64,000 nt of DNA from Azolla caroliniana (GCA_043228905.1 JBHGNT010000010.1:3348001-3412000), one strand, 5' to 3'. Positions 24,390 to 37,800 are shown, counted from the first letter of the stretch. Notes: generated by a model from the letters alone, not told the origin. Translations and numbers: made by a program.

Positions 24390-25081
24390 TGTCGTGAAGA
24401 AAACCGTCCCTAGGCGGAAACCGAGTTTAGCGTGTGTAAACCGGCCCTTACACGTGAGCACACTTTTCGTTGTATAGTAAGTAGGTAGGTACGAGTCGAC
24501 TGAGGTGAAATCCTAGGTAGCACGCATTCAATAGGGAGAGAATCGAGGTGTATCTCTGTCCGAAAGGACAAAGAATTAATGTGATGTAACGGATGATAAT
24601 GGCCTCCCTCCTTGAGCTATAAAAGAGAGGGAGAGGAATGAAAAAGGTATCGCGCGTGAGAGAGGACGAAGTGCTGCCGGACTGGGACCGAGCCCTTCTC
24701 CTCTGCCACTCTCCATAGCCATTTTGGCGCAGGTTTTCAGGAGGCTGACTCTGCTCCGTGGAATGCTTGTGTGCTTCCGACAGAGTCTCCATCTCGCTCT
24801 TCTGTGTGTGAGTGAACAGGCGTCGGTGTTCGCCTTGTCGGCCTGTTAGTTGTAACCGTCTCGATATATATATATATTTATATACATACGTGTTCATATA
24901 CTCGGACTTCTAGTCGTCTCGTTTTGTTGTGTTGTTGGATTGTGATTCCTGTGTGTGCCCGTGTCTGTGCGTGTGCAAGTGCGTCTGTTGCCTTTCCGTT
25001 CTCCTCCTTCTCAGCTATTTCTTGGTCCAAAACCCCGGTGATCCCGCCTCGTTCTACACGCACGCGCGTAACAACGCGACA
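24390..25081 (+). repeat. Gypsy 3' LTR (692 bp), preceded by PPT GGTTAGGTGGGGGCAGA
   Basis: Direct repeat of 17274-17969. Confidence 0.95.
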
Positions 25082-28054
25082 CCGTGGTGAGAATTTACCG
25101 TACACCACGGGATATTATATGGTCATGCCCGTAACAAAGCCTATGTCTTGCAAATCATTGGTAGGCTCCATGATGAGGTCCAACACATTGCCACAAAAGA
25201 ACATTTGCTCCTCGCATGTTTATGTGGTGTTTTTGATCTAATCGAAGAGTGATTTCCTATTTGTGTATGTTTTATTGTGTCATTAACAAATAGGTTCCAC
25301 ATTTAAGCCCTATCGAGGCAATAATTAGCTTCTTGGTTAGGATAACTACTTAAGATAGGAAAGGGGGAGTTCTCTAAGCTTAGATATACAAACGTTAATA
25401 CATTGAGAGTGACTAATAACAACACTTGCTCTCTCGCCATCAAGAGGGTATATGGCGATCGAACCCTGACAAATGAGTTCCATGAGGAGATAGAACTGCA
25501 ATCGAAATGGAAACGTGTATTTAGTGGAGCATCTCAAGCTAACATATCTCTTTTAAGGTATGCACTACTACTTCCTATTTTGAACACACATTTATCCTTA
25601 TCCTTGCATGGGCAAATGGTTTCGATAAACGTGCCATGATATTCCATTTACAATGCACTTCCCTATCGTCACTCATGCAATGTAGATCATTATTTAGCCT
25701 TCGTTGCTTTAACAAGCATTGAATCCTTAAACATTTGTTCAAGTACTTACATCGTCTTCTTCATCTCTCACTTCTTGTAGTGGTCACCAAACAATCTCAA
25801 CCTATTGTAAAACTTGACTTTTTGGCACTTTTCTTTTTCTCTTCGCACACACCACAACATGACATCATGCCATTGATTCAATATGGTTGGCCTCATTATA
25901 TAGATTTGAGGAGCTCTCACTTGTCGGAAGAAAATACTATTGCCTCTTATTAACATGCATGCAACATCGCAACCTTTTATTTAAGCATGCAGTCATCCTT
26001 GTCGAATAAAAATAATATTGCATCCTTTAAATATGCACCATTGCTTTCTATTTTATGCATGCACTTGGGCAATTGGCTTCAACAAAACGTATGTCAACAC
26101 ATTCAGAGCTACTAAATGTTGTCGCAAAGTGCATGGACAAGCAGTAGGCCTCTCTCTATTCATAAGTATTGATGGAGGGACAAAAAGATGGCTCATAAGG
26201 GTTGTTTTTTCCGAGTTCGGTCTCAAACCCATGAACTTCAGGATAGATTAAATGAATTCTAACAATAGACCACCAACATATCATTAAATATAAAGTATTA
26301 ACTTATGACTCGATATTACAGATAAAACATACTCAAATGGATATAAAATGGGATTGTATTATATAAACTCATACCTTGGATTTTAACCATGCTTTGAAGA
26401 AATTTTGAGCCACATTGCTCTTTTACTCTCTCAGACACATAAATACTTGCCTTTTATTTTTTCTCCTCTCCCCATGCATAAGATGAACGACCCTTTATAT
26501 AGGGTCTCACATGTAGTAAAGGCTAAGAGCATGTCGCTAGTTAGTGCTCTTGTTTTAACTTATTTCAATGATTATAATATATGTAGTAGTTATCCTAATG
26601 GTATTATTATCCCTTTAAAGCAGAAGGGTGCAGGTTTGAAACATGTTCTCTGGAGTTGGTTTTACATTGTGTGCCATTGACAACATGACAATGCTTCCCA
26701 ACCATCGTTTATGTGTAGTCTCTCATTGTGTCTCCTTCACCATCTTAGTGAGTATTGAACATTTGACGTTTTTGTTAAAAGTGCATATCTCTTCTTCTTC
26801 TTCTTGTCCCACCTTGTTTTTTAGTGGTCGCTTGACTAGATTCATGACCTATTGTAAAACTTGACTTTTTGGAGCTATTCTTCCTACGCACATGGCACAT
26901 CGCAACATCATGCCATTACTTCAATATGACTTACCTCACATTCACTTGAAAGTGAGATAGGGCACTGGGTCACATGTGAGGAGACTATCAAGTATGCATA
27001 TTTTCCCTTGAACAAGTGTGGGAGTCATAGTATCAATCATACATTTTACCACATTCAAGTTTGTTTTTCGTAAATTGTCAATCTAGTCCACCCCCTACAC
27101 ACATTACTCTAACAATCAAACGTGCATTGCTCATTACAATGACTATCATGAAAGTTCTAGAACATATGGAGTCACTCCTATCTCTCACTTACTATGCAAA
27201 AATTATTCACTTTCGGTCCCATGGATCATATTTGAGCTCCAAGAATGATAATAAAATCTATCTATCCCTCCCAATAAGATTATTGTTGTTAAGTACTAAA
27301 AGCCAAACCTTGCACTTATATTTTAATGGTCTAATATATTGTCAATTCAATCCACTCCCCACATACATTCCTCTCGTAATCACGTTGTGCACACTCATCC
27401 ATACAAGCTAATTCTAGAAAACAAGGAATTTAAGTGCGAAATATTTAACAACCTCTCTAGAAGTCTTGACTTCTTTGTACCTATTTTTACACCTAGTCTT
27501 GCACAAGGCAAGAGACATCTATGAAAAAACTAGACTCAAAGTCCACTTATGGTGTATATATTTATAATTTATCCTTCTATGCATATAATAAAAAATAAAA
27601 CAAACATTCCTTTATATAATAGAAGACTTATTTATAATTGTTAGAGTCAACTCCAACTTGTCAAACTCAAAGAGTTACTTGAAACTTGTAAGACATAATT
27701 AGAACAACCACTTGGATATTATACAATAGATTTGTTTAACTTTATTTTACGACAATATTACATGCATCGTGGTTTTTTCTGAACTAAAACTTATTATCTA
27801 TGATCTCAGCATGTAATTACTCAACACTTGGTCTTAACCCAAAATTCTGCATAAAATGTTTGTTGCTTGGTGTAAAAACATATGCCAAGCATCATTTTCA
27901 CAAGTAAAATTGCTATTTTTTTTGTTTTTCCGAATTGATTTTGTTTCACTTGTGTTTATGAATCATGTCACGAGTCACGAGTCACAACTATGATTATTGT
28001 TTTTGTCTTTGGCCAAACATCAACCTTTGATTGCAATAATAATCTAGTGTTGCC

Positions 28055-28058
<4 letters not shown>

Positions 28059-28103
<45 letters not shown>
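28059..28103. repeat. (AG)n microsatellite
   Basis: About 22 AG units. Confidence 0.9.
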
Positions 28104-28106
<3 letters not shown>

Positions 28107-30112
28107 AGTATTGTTTATTTGTCTCAATTAACACAATGAATCCACTCTCTTTCACATTGTTACTTGTTTGATTGCTCATTTGCTTTCAGTGTAACTTATT
28201 TTCACTTATAAACACCATCAACTTTGTTTTGGCAGAGCGACTAACTTGTGCATGTGTTTATCATTTTTGGACATATTTAATAAATTAAGCTATGTTACCT
28301 TTTTTGGCATGCTTTCCACATGTGTTTTAGATGGTTACACGGCTAGACATTCACATCCATGATACAAAATATATTTCACTCGTGGTTCACCTTGACATTG
28401 GATAACATATGTTACTTGAATATGTGTCATTGGGAGACATATTAATATTTGAATATTGATGTACATCACCTAATCTTTCTTAGAAAATGTGATGCCATAT
28501 GTACTTTGGTTATAATTTTATGACAAACACGAAAACATGGTATGTACTTCTAATGACATAAAGGAAACTATTATCTTGAGCAATGTTGCTCTTAAGTATT
28601 GCCAATGAATGTTATAAGTTTAGGACACAAACATGAAACCATATTGTGTACTTTGACTAACATGTAAAACACAAAAAGATTTGTTATCTTAAGCAAGGTT
28701 GATTTAAATATTGGCCTTGATTGAAATGCGTGATATAGATTGTTGGTATCTTATTGGAGCTAATATTGTGGTTCTATGTATGTTAACATATCCAAACTTT
28801 AAATCACCACGAACTAGTATGTCAAAATGCTATGAGCAACATTATATCAAGCCATTTTTTATTGGTAACCTTTTGTTTAAAGGTATTTATTATGACATCG
28901 TGGGTTATTTTTTATTGGATTAAATTTTCAAATGAAAAAGGATTATTAACTGCATACGATGTCGAGATCCTATCATTTCTAGGAATAACAACATGCAAAA
29001 CTTGATGGAGTCATAGTTCATATCCACGCTAATCAATCGACAAGTTGTAGATAAGTTAGGGATTTACATTGGTCGAAAATCATATATAAATTGTTTATAT
29101 TCGATTGGTTAAGCTTGAGGGTTAACGAATGAAAGGTAGGGTGCAAGTTGCAACTCATGTTGCTTGAATATTTGTGCTGAATTTAATATTGTGTTATTGG
29201 GGGGGAGGAGGGGCAATAATGCTTGCATGGGCATGTAATTACCATTCATTTCACCCCTTGCTGCAAATGAGCATGAAATGAACTTGAACGGTTTCACTTG
29301 CCTCCACATTAACTGCATGAACCTTTAATAAATAAAGCCTACATGTAAGAGTCTTGATCATTGTTTCTCTTAGCACTCATAGCAATGAATGAGTCATCAC
29401 TGTCTGGGATAACTTGAGAATGAAAGCATGTTTTTTGCAATTCGAAGCAATTACATGGCATTTATTTGTTTAAGTTGTACCATTAAAAGTGCACATCTTA
29501 CACATTGGAAGTAAGGTATTGATTAGGGCAAAAGTCACATGGGTGAAAGGGGGGGGGGGGCTTTACCAGGTTAAAGTTGTATGATATCCAACCCTTTTTG
29601 CAACTTATCCTAGAACTATAATCTTAGTAGAAAGGGGCACACTACCCATGTCAAGCAAGATATATGACAACAATGAATAATGAAGGAACCTTCCATGCTA
29701 TTGACTTATAAGTGTGAACAATCATGGGTTGTGAAAGCCCACGAAAACATGATGTTAGGATGCGCAATATGCACACCTACCAACTCTAAATGGTTGGCTG
29801 GCTCTTTGCTTCCATGGCTTTATTGGTTAAGGTGTCGTTTTCGTATTTGTAGCATCATGTAAATTGTATAATTGGGAATCAATATAGAGTTAAATAAGGG
29901 GAGATCCTCTATTTCGAGTACACACACACGAGCTTGCAACATTGCAAGTCAATCATTCTAATGTGAGCGAATAAACATAATGGTTAAACTAAAGATATGC
30001 TATGAACACAACTCTCCTCCGAAATGCTTCGTTAATGTAATGTATGACTAGTTGGCAATATGCATAGAGTCATCCCCAAATGATTTAAACTCGGTTCATG
30101 CAATCGTATTTT

Positions 30113-33100
30113 GAAAGAAAGAAAGAAAGAAAGATATATTAACGTCTTCTAAGGCCAAAATTGGCCCATGAGACAAATGGTGTACAACAAAAATGGGATA
30201 TTTACCCATTCATCGAAAGTAAAAATAAAAATAAGATAAAATAGAGTTTAAGCTAAATAGTTCTAAGAAAACAACAAACATGTTCTATATAAAAAAACAT
30301 GTTCTACAATGAGAATGATTCTATACTAGGCCTAATTTCATTTCCATCCAAGTCTCTCGAAGAGAAGCGGGGGGTCAAAGGGTTGCCATGATGTGGATGT
30401 GGCCCGTGGTCCCCATGTAAGAGGTACCCCAACCATAGCTTCGAGTCGGCGTAGCTCACGTTCCCTTATCTTCTTAATCTTTTCTACTCCACGTTGACTT
30501 GTGTTGAAGCCCAACATCCGAGGACGTTTGGTTGCTCTTTGTATTTCTGCTTCCTCAAGGGAGAGGCCGAGCGGCATAAGTGTATCCACATTCATCGTCT
30601 CCCCATGTTCCTGAAAAATTACACTAGGTACATGTTGATGAGTAGTAAAAGGGTTATGATTAACACTTTGTAATTTATCCTCCCTATGTTGTTTTAGCTC
30701 TAAGATATACCTACCTAGTCTCTTTACACTCGGGGTATCTAATAGTTTGGAGAGGGTGGGAGAGGGTCCTAGTATGTCTTGGTATTCCGCCCGTATCTCG
30801 GCATAAGTTGGGCACTTGCATGTGAAGTGATACTCATCCTCTATCTCTATGTGGCATAACCTACATAGCCTTTCCTCTCTAGGGACTCTATTAGCTCGAC
30901 CATTCTCAATCTCAAGTTGGTGAGATGATATCCTAAGTTGTCCAATGGCCACCCTTAGTGCATTTGATAAGAAAGTATCTAGGTATCTTGGTCGTGTAAT
31001 AAACCCTAACTTAGAGAAGTGCAAGAAGTGTTCCTTATAGTACACCATTTTAGATGGGAGTGGCTCTCGTGGGGTGATCCATTTGTATCGAGTGTAGATT
31101 TGCCATATGTCTTGGCGTATCACTTTATTACGATCTTCACGAGAGATTAAAGTTTGATCAGTCCCATGGTTGTACTTAAGGGGAGGTAGGTTATTAATGT
31201 CTATGCCATTTGCAAATAACCAACTCACCACAATGCTATACCAAGAGTTGGTGTCTCCAGACACATGTAAGGATCGGGATGCCTCAAAGGCTCGACGGGA
31301 TATCCTATCTTGTGGTTGACTATGTATCCGATGAATAAAAGCTACCACTTGAAAGAGTGCTTCTACTAACATCGGGGGTAGGCTAAACTCCGCTCTAATA
31401 ATGTCATGTGGTACTGTCGATTTGCTTCGGAGTTGACGTGATAACATCACCACTAAAGGTCTCTCCAATTGCGTCCACATGAAAGATGGTAGACCTGGAG
31501 CCCATACTACTGATGCATACATGAGGGACGGGGTCACTAATGAGTCGAAAAGCCATCCCTTAGTCCGTGGCTCTTGAAAGTATGCTTGGTGGCATTGTCT
31601 CTCTAAGAGTGAGAGGGATGCATATCCTCTCGTTAGCCTATCTTTGGCTGCCTGGGTCATCGAGAATTTACCTGAGCGAGCACTAAAAGTGACTCCCAAG
31701 TATACATAAGATCCCACCACCTCAACTAGTTTATGAGAGAGGATGAGGTGACATTTACTCCTAACTCTGGACGATGTATGAAAGATAAGGACTTTAGTTT
31801 TCGCTAGATTCACTACCAGTCCTCGTTGTGTACAAAAGTCATCTAGGGCATTAAGATGCTTTTGTAGGTCGTGTTCCGACTCCGAGAGCAAGACAATGTC
31901 GTCTGCGTAGAGTAAGAGACTAACTTGCGTATCCCCAATAGCCACTCCTTTGCCTCCCTTACGAGCAATAAAATCAGTGATCTCATCAATGTAGATCCCA
32001 AAAAGAGTCGGTGATAGGGGGCAACCCTGTTTTACACCAATGGTGCTAGTGAAACAATCGGATAGGCCACCTGGGCATCTTACGCGCCCATAGACTTGCT
32101 CATATAGGGCATAAATGGCCCAAATCATGTCATTTGGTATCTCCAAGCTCTTAAGTCTATCAAACAACCTCTCTCTAGGAACTGTATCAAAGGCTTTGCG
32201 AAAGTCCACAAAGCAACAATATAGTTTCTTCTTACGAGCCTTTGTTTGGTCAATTAAGCACCTAAGTGTAAAGATGTGGTCAATAGTGGAGAAGGCTCGT
32301 CTAAAGCCAGCCTGCTCAGGTGCTCGAAGACTTAATGTTTCCATATAATCACTGAGCTCCGCTTCCATTACTGCACCATATAGTTTAGCAAGCGTATGAC
32401 CTATCATAATGGTCCTATATGTATTTGGGTCCATTGGGTCCCCTCCTTTATGTATAGGGGCCACAGTGTTCATGGCCCATTGTGGTGGAAAACCCTCGGC
32501 GAGGGCGCGGTTGAAGATTAGAGTGAGAAGGGGAGCTAGGCACTCTCGAGCATATATGATGTGCTCGGCTCGCAATCCTGTGTGGTCCATGGATTTCCTA
32601 TGTTGTAATTTTTTTATGACCTTCGTGACCCTAGAGGTCGTGAAAAGTGTCCCCATGGTAGGTCGAGGTGTGGAGGGCATTGGAATGGGTGGTTGGTTCG
32701 GGACATGGTAGAGTCTCTCGGTATATGTGTGCCAAATATTGGGATCCTCGATGGGTGTTTGTGGTCTCGGTTCCCGTAGTCTCTTCCATGCAAGGGCACA
32801 ATCCCTACTCATGAGCATATGGTAGAGTTCCCAATATTGGGATGCTTCCCAAGCTCGTCTTTTACGACGTGTCATCTTGCGCATCTCTTTGCGAGCCTGT
32901 ACTAAGGAGATAGTACCACTGAGTCGCGATACTTTAAGTTGTCTATACAACTCTCTACAATCCTCATCATACCACTTGTTTTGTGGCATAGACCCTATTC
33001 TACTATGATTGGAGTCTTTCGTGTATGGGAAGCTACTAGTGGCGGCTGAGTGAAGGATGTGTGTGAGTTCTGTAGTGAGGTTCTCTAAAGGCAAGGAAGA

Positions 33101-33480
33101 ATCAAACGAGGAAAGATGGGCTTGAACATGTCGAGAGTAGATGTCCGCGAGCTCATGCGTGAAATGTATTATAGTGTGATGGGTTGGTTTACTAGAGTTG
33201 GTGGTGTGGGAGGTGTCATATTTTAGCTCAAAGTATAGGAAGGTATGGTCTGCCCCAATGGGGCATGGGGCCACCCGGAAGGAGCTAACCATGTGGGTAG
33301 CTTCAGGGCGTCCTATTAGATAATCAACGGTGCTTTCCCCTCCTCCATGTGGGAAACATGTGAGCTCTTCCGAGCCCGGCCACTTGGCTAAGCCATTATA
33401 TATGATCATCTGGTGTCGGCTTCCAAGTTCAAGCAGATGATGGCCAAAGCTTGTGGCATCCGCACCTTGATCCGAAAAAA
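30113..33480 (-). mobile_element. 5'-truncated RTE-X-like non-LTR retrotransposon with a (TTTC)n tail
   Basis: Uninterrupted 1054-aa minus ORF; + strand (GAAA)n at 30113-30133 marks the 3' tail; shares its 3' end with copies at 55552-56129 and 56130-57790. Clade assignment is from motif memory. Confidence 0.85.
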
Positions 33481-33502
33481 TAATATGAAGAGTAAGCTCC
33501 AT
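30338..33502 (-). CDS. LINE ORF2: C-terminal part of APE endonuclease, reverse transcriptase and C-terminal CCHC finger
   Basis: STVDYLIG...GADH (APE end); QAGFR, FVDFRKAFDTV, GVKQGCPLSP, LLYADD and YLGV (RT); LRISSHQLEIENGR..PREERLCRLC..EDEYHFTCKC. The first ~8 codons probably come from flanking DNA. Confidence 0.85.
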   Translation of the reverse strand: MELTLHIIFSDQGADATSFGHHLLELGSRHQMIIYNGLAKWPGSEELTCFPHGGGESTVDYLIGRPEATHMVSSFRVAPCPIGADHTFLYFELKYDTSHTTNSSKPTHHTIIHFTHELADIYSRHVQAHLSSFDSSLPLENLTTELTHILHSAATSSFPYTKDSNHSRIGSMPQNKWYDEDCRELYRQLKVSRLSGTISLVQARKEMRKMTRRKRRAWEASQYWELYHMLMSRDCALAWKRLREPRPQTPIEDPNIWHTYTERLYHVPNQPPIPMPSTPRPTMGTLFTTSRVTKVIKKLQHRKSMDHTGLRAEHIIYARECLAPLLTLIFNRALAEGFPPQWAMNTVAPIHKGGDPMDPNTYRTIMIGHTLAKLYGAVMEAELSDYMETLSLRAPEQAGFRRAFSTIDHIFTLRCLIDQTKARKKKLYCCFVDFRKAFDTVPRERLFDRLKSLEIPNDMIWAIYALYEQVYGRVRCPGGLSDCFTSTIGVKQGCPLSPTLFGIYIDEITDFIARKGGKGVAIGDTQVSLLLYADDIVLLSESEHDLQKHLNALDDFCTQRGLVVNLAKTKVLIFHTSSRVRSKCHLILSHKLVEVVGSYVYLGVTFSARSGKFSMTQAAKDRLTRGYASLSLLERQCHQAYFQEPRTKGWLFDSLVTPSLMYASVVWAPGLPSFMWTQLERPLVVMLSRQLRSKSTVPHDIIRAEFSLPPMLVEALFQVVAFIHRIHSQPQDRISRRAFEASRSLHVSGDTNSWYSIVVSWLFANGIDINNLPPLKYNHGTDQTLISREDRNKVIRQDIWQIYTRYKWITPREPLPSKMVYYKEHFLHFSKLGFITRPRYLDTFLSNALRVAIGQLRISSHQLEIENGRANRVPREERLCRLCHIEIEDEYHFTCKCPTYAEIRAEYQDILGPSPTLSKLLDTPSVKRLGRYILELKQHREDKLQSVNHNPFTTHQHVPSVIFQEHGETMNVDTLMPLGLSLEEAEIQRATKRPRMLGFNTSQRGVEKIKKIRERELRRLEAMVGVPLTWGPRATSTSWQPFDPPLLFERLGWK

Positions 33503-34202
33503 GTCTTGTTAGCATGGGCCAGGTAACCCATGCAATAAGAACGACACCTTTTATACAATAGATTCATGGTTCATTCAAACCATAAATGTCCAAATATATG
33601 TTGACTGGGCATATCGTAGCCTCATTCGGCTTGTAATGGTGGTCTTATGCCTATGTTAATAACAAATATCTACAGGTAAGGCAAGTTAATGACGAGAGTG
33701 TATGTGTATGCAATGTGCACCCAAATAGCATTGGTGGCAAATGCCACATTCCCCTAAAACTTGCACAAAGATATGTACGAGGGCAATATTCTTTACTTTT
33801 AGCAAGAGACGACATGGTACATAATGACATGCAATTTGAATGATCATGTAAACATCCTTCGATTGAATTAAATCGACAATTGGATCGACGACAACCAAGA
33901 GCTAACGTACTTTAGACTTGTTCTAACTTCTAACTATGTTGCATCTAATTAATTATTCCCAACAGTGACACAACTTTATCATCAAAGATGTACCATCATT
34001 TTATCGAATGAGCTTGCATTCCCATTGGCATGGGACATAAAACATTAGTCGATTAACTAACCACAACTCACAAAGTACAAAATTTCGGATCCCCTTTCTA
34101 ACATCCATGTTTAATGACGTGAATACAAAGCATGTCATGATCCTTATAAATGGTTCGAGTTAGGGGAATGGTGCGGCAAACTATCCAAATTCTTGATAAC
34201 AC

Positions 34203-34395
34203 TATACATATACACATACACATATACATACATACATTATACATATATACATACATTATACATATACATAATACATATATACATACATTATACATATACA
34301 TATACATATACATACATACATTATACATATACATATACATATACAGATACATATACAGATACATATACAGATACATATACATATACATATACATA
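34203..34395. repeat. (ATAC/ATACAT)n compound microsatellite
   Basis: Tandem TACATA/TACA units. Confidence 0.9.
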
Positions 34396-34440
34396 AAGCC
34401 AGCCAACCAACCAGCCACAAGTGTTGGAAGAATCCATCTC

Positions 34441-34480
34441 TAATAAAATAAATAAAATAAATAAAATAAATAAAATAAAA

Positions 34481-34515
<35 letters not shown>

Positions 34516-34545
34516 AAATAAATAAAAAAAATAAAAAAATAAAAA
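34441..34545. repeat. (AAAT/AAAAT)n microsatellite upstream of the NAT gene
   Basis: Pure A/T tandem tract. Confidence 0.9.
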
Positions 34546-34871
34546 TCACAACAGAAGGCTAATTGATGAGAGAAGAACAGTAAGCAACCATTCTCTCTCT
34601 ACACACACACACACACACACTCTCTCTCTCTCTCTCTCTCTCTGTCTCTGTTCTTCGTGGAGCTCACCATTCCGTCAGAAACCCTAAAAACAGGTCCTCC
34701 TCAGCTGAACCCTCTCTGCATCAGGAAGAGCTCTGAAGTAGAAGCAGGGGAGCTCCGGAGAAGAAGCAGAGGTGCTCTGAAGAAGCCGTAACAGTAGTAG
34801 CAGTAGTTCAGAAGAGCTAGCTCTGTCAGAGAACTATCTCTTCTCTTCTGCAGCATTGCTCCCCTCATTCC

Positions 34872-37800
34872 ATGGATGCAAAACCCTCCGCGAAAGCTCA
34901 AGAGTTGAATGCAGGGCTAACTTCCTCTACTGCTAAAAGGCCAGGGCCATGGCCACCTCGGATCGAACCTTTACCTGCCGACCATGGCCATAACCCTCGA
35001 GTACTCAGATCATGGGCACGAAGGACAGGGTTCAAAAGCTCTGTTTCGGGAGAGACCATTGCGAGCTCAGAGATAACAAATGCTTCTGCTTCTGCTTCGG
35101 CTTCTGTTTCTTCTGCTGCAGGAAACTCATCGACTTCATTGCCTAAACAGAACGTAGTCAAGCCAGAAGCGAATGGATCTAAGGAAAACCAGAGAATCAA
35201 GGCGATTCCTGTTGTTGCCACCAATCCTCCACTTCCTTCTTCGTCGAAGAAGAAAAATGCTCTATCTTCTGCAACTACTAATGGTCAAGCTGTGAAAATG
35301 GAGAATTTGAGGGTTTTTAAAGATCCCGAAGCAGATATAGCTGCTTATCAGTCTCAGGATGCAGATAATGGTGATGAATTGCTGGGCAAGCAATCTCATA
35401 TTAAGTATGAAATCAGGGAGAATCCTGGACTAGGTAATTTTCTACCACAAATTTGTCTTTCCTTCTCATTCTATTCTTCTTAGTTTCATTAATTCTGCAC
35501 TTGTAAATGAAATGGAAGATTTGTTCAGTCAATATTAATGCCAGATTGTTAAAGTACGAATGTTAATGATGTATGATAAATTGCAAGGTTAATGCAAGAT
35601 TGTTATTGCAAGTGTAAGAACAATCAGATGCAAGACAAATGCGTTAAGACTATGAATGCATGATTTCTTTGACATTAGTGCAATCACCACTATATCCAAG
35701 TTTGTTATCGCAAGATTGTCAAAGCAAGTTGACTGTTAAAGTAATTGAAAGATGAATACAATAGTGTTAATGCAAGAATATGAGAAATTCAGTGCACAAT
35801 GAAGGCACTATTACCTTTATATTCAGGTTTCAACAAATCACCCTTAAACAATCCTGAAATCACCATTACATTTCTTGTTTAAATATTATTGCAATTACCA
35901 TTGTATTTCTAGATGAAAGCAAGCATCATTGATCTCTATTGTATTAAAAATTTGTTAATGCGAATCCCCACTATGTTATCTCAAGGTTTTGGTTTTGCTG
36001 TCAATTTCATTCTAAATGGAGTGTTGTTTTTGTTGTTTTTGTGACACAAGCAGTTCCTTTAATCTTTTATGGGATTCAACACTATCTCTCAATTTCGGGC
36101 TCTATTATCCTTATTCCACTGATAATAGTTCCTGCAATGGGTGGAAGCGATGTAAGTTATCAGCAAAATGTATCAATAATAAAATGGATAGATTAACTTC
36201 GGAGAAACAAAAAATGTATATTGATGCCTTGTCTATATTTTTGGATATGTTATACACCTTACAGGAGGACACTGCAAGAGTTGTTTCCACTGTTCTTCTC
36301 ATTACTGGATTGTCGACCTTGATGCATACATTCCTTGGTTCAAGGTTACCATTGATACAAGGGGCCTCCTTTGTGTATCTTGCTCCTGCTTTAGCTATAA
36401 TCAACTCTGCTGAATTCCAAAGCATAGGCACCAATGTATGCTTGAAGAATCAGATCATATATTGTTATATAATGTTGTCAATTATACCATGAAGATAGAG
36501 AATTTGAGATCTGACCAAATTCAATTGTCTTCTTCTTAATGCTAGAGATTTAAGCACACAATGCGAGAGCTACAAGGTGCTGTCATCATTGCTTCAGCAT
36601 TCCACACCTTCCTTGGATACAGTGGATTGATGTCACTTCTTGTAAGGTATATGGTGTAATAATGCCCATGATTGGAAAAAATTGTGAAATTATTTCCTTT
36701 AAGGATTGGTAATAAAGAACTCTGATGTGTAACCTTTACAGACTGATAAACCCTGTTGTGGTCACTCCAACGGTAGCTGCAGTGGGTCTAGCTTTCTTCT
36801 CCTATGGGTTTCCAGTTGTGGGTTCTTGTGTTGAAATCGGCATTCCGCAGATTCTTGTTGTTGTCTTCTTTGCATTGGTAAGATAAATGGTTTTACATGA
36901 TCACTTTTGTGTTTTTGCATCGGTATAATCGATGGTATAATATATTCTTGTCTGCATTGGCAAGAAATGAAGTGCTTCATTGTTTCTAAAAAGCATTTTG
37001 GTTTTGGTACAGTACTTACGCAAGATATCAGTTTTTGGACATCGCATATTTCAAGTATATGCAGTAAGTCCGCTTTACTTGCTATTCAATCATGAAGCTG
37101 CTTCCCAGCTAGATATTTGTGCGTAATATCATATAAGTTCTTGCCGTATCGACAATTTGAACATCATAAGAAAAAAATAATTATATGTAAATTATATCTG
37201 GTTAAATAAATATGAAAGGATCGTACAAAGAATGTCTTGACTTGCACTAGCATTTAATAAATTCTTAAAAAATATTCATTTGAACAGAACTTGCATTTTA
37301 TAAGCAAACCAGTTTTTCTTTGCTTTCAAATCCAAAGGAGGATTTATTATTGTGAGTCCGCAAGGATGAAAATTCTACATCTTGTCTTGGGCATCAAAAC
37401 ATTAGTAGTGAACCTGTAGTCTTGGGTCATGGTTCTCAGCCTAAATGGTGTGCATTAGAGGCGGAACTTGTACAAAGGAGATATACTATATATTCACCTT
37501 GCTTTTCTTTGGATCTATGTCATTATTTGAATGTTTGTATGCTTGTTCCAATTTAATATTCTCTATTTCAGAGAGTGAGAGAGCGTGAATGAGTGAAGTT
37601 AACAAGATTTGGTTTGTACAGGTACCGTTGGGTCTTGGTATTATCTGGGCATATGCTTTTCTTCTTACTGCAGCTGGAGCTTATAATTATAATGGTTGCA
37701 ATATCCACATCCCGTCATCCAACATCATTTCAGAAAAATGCAGGAAGCATGCCTTTACCATGACACATTGTCGTACAGATATGTCGGTTGCTATGAAAAC

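Larger units (their letters stand above)
17274..25081 (+). mobile_element. Full-length decayed Ty3/Gypsy LTR retrotransposon, non-chromoviral, tRNA-Trp-primed
   Basis: LTRs at 17274-17969 and 24390-25081 (TGTCGTGAAG...AACGCGACA, ~15 substitutions by manual count). 4-bp TSD CCGT (17270-17273, 25082-25085). Gag knuckle CLWCNAVGHTRKDC, PR VLVDHGSEIN, RT FLDD, RNase H, IN H..H..CESC and WFGPY; no chromodomain visible. Confidence 0.95.

Noticed and set aside
25750-26945. Diverged ~150-bp duplicate (25755-25910 vs 26790-26945) and surrounding short ORFs
   Set aside because: Probably old repeat debris; no termini, TSD or coding signature could be supported.
34098-34549. ORFs with MYMY/ICIC/YTYT repeats
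   Set aside because: Translations of microsatellites.
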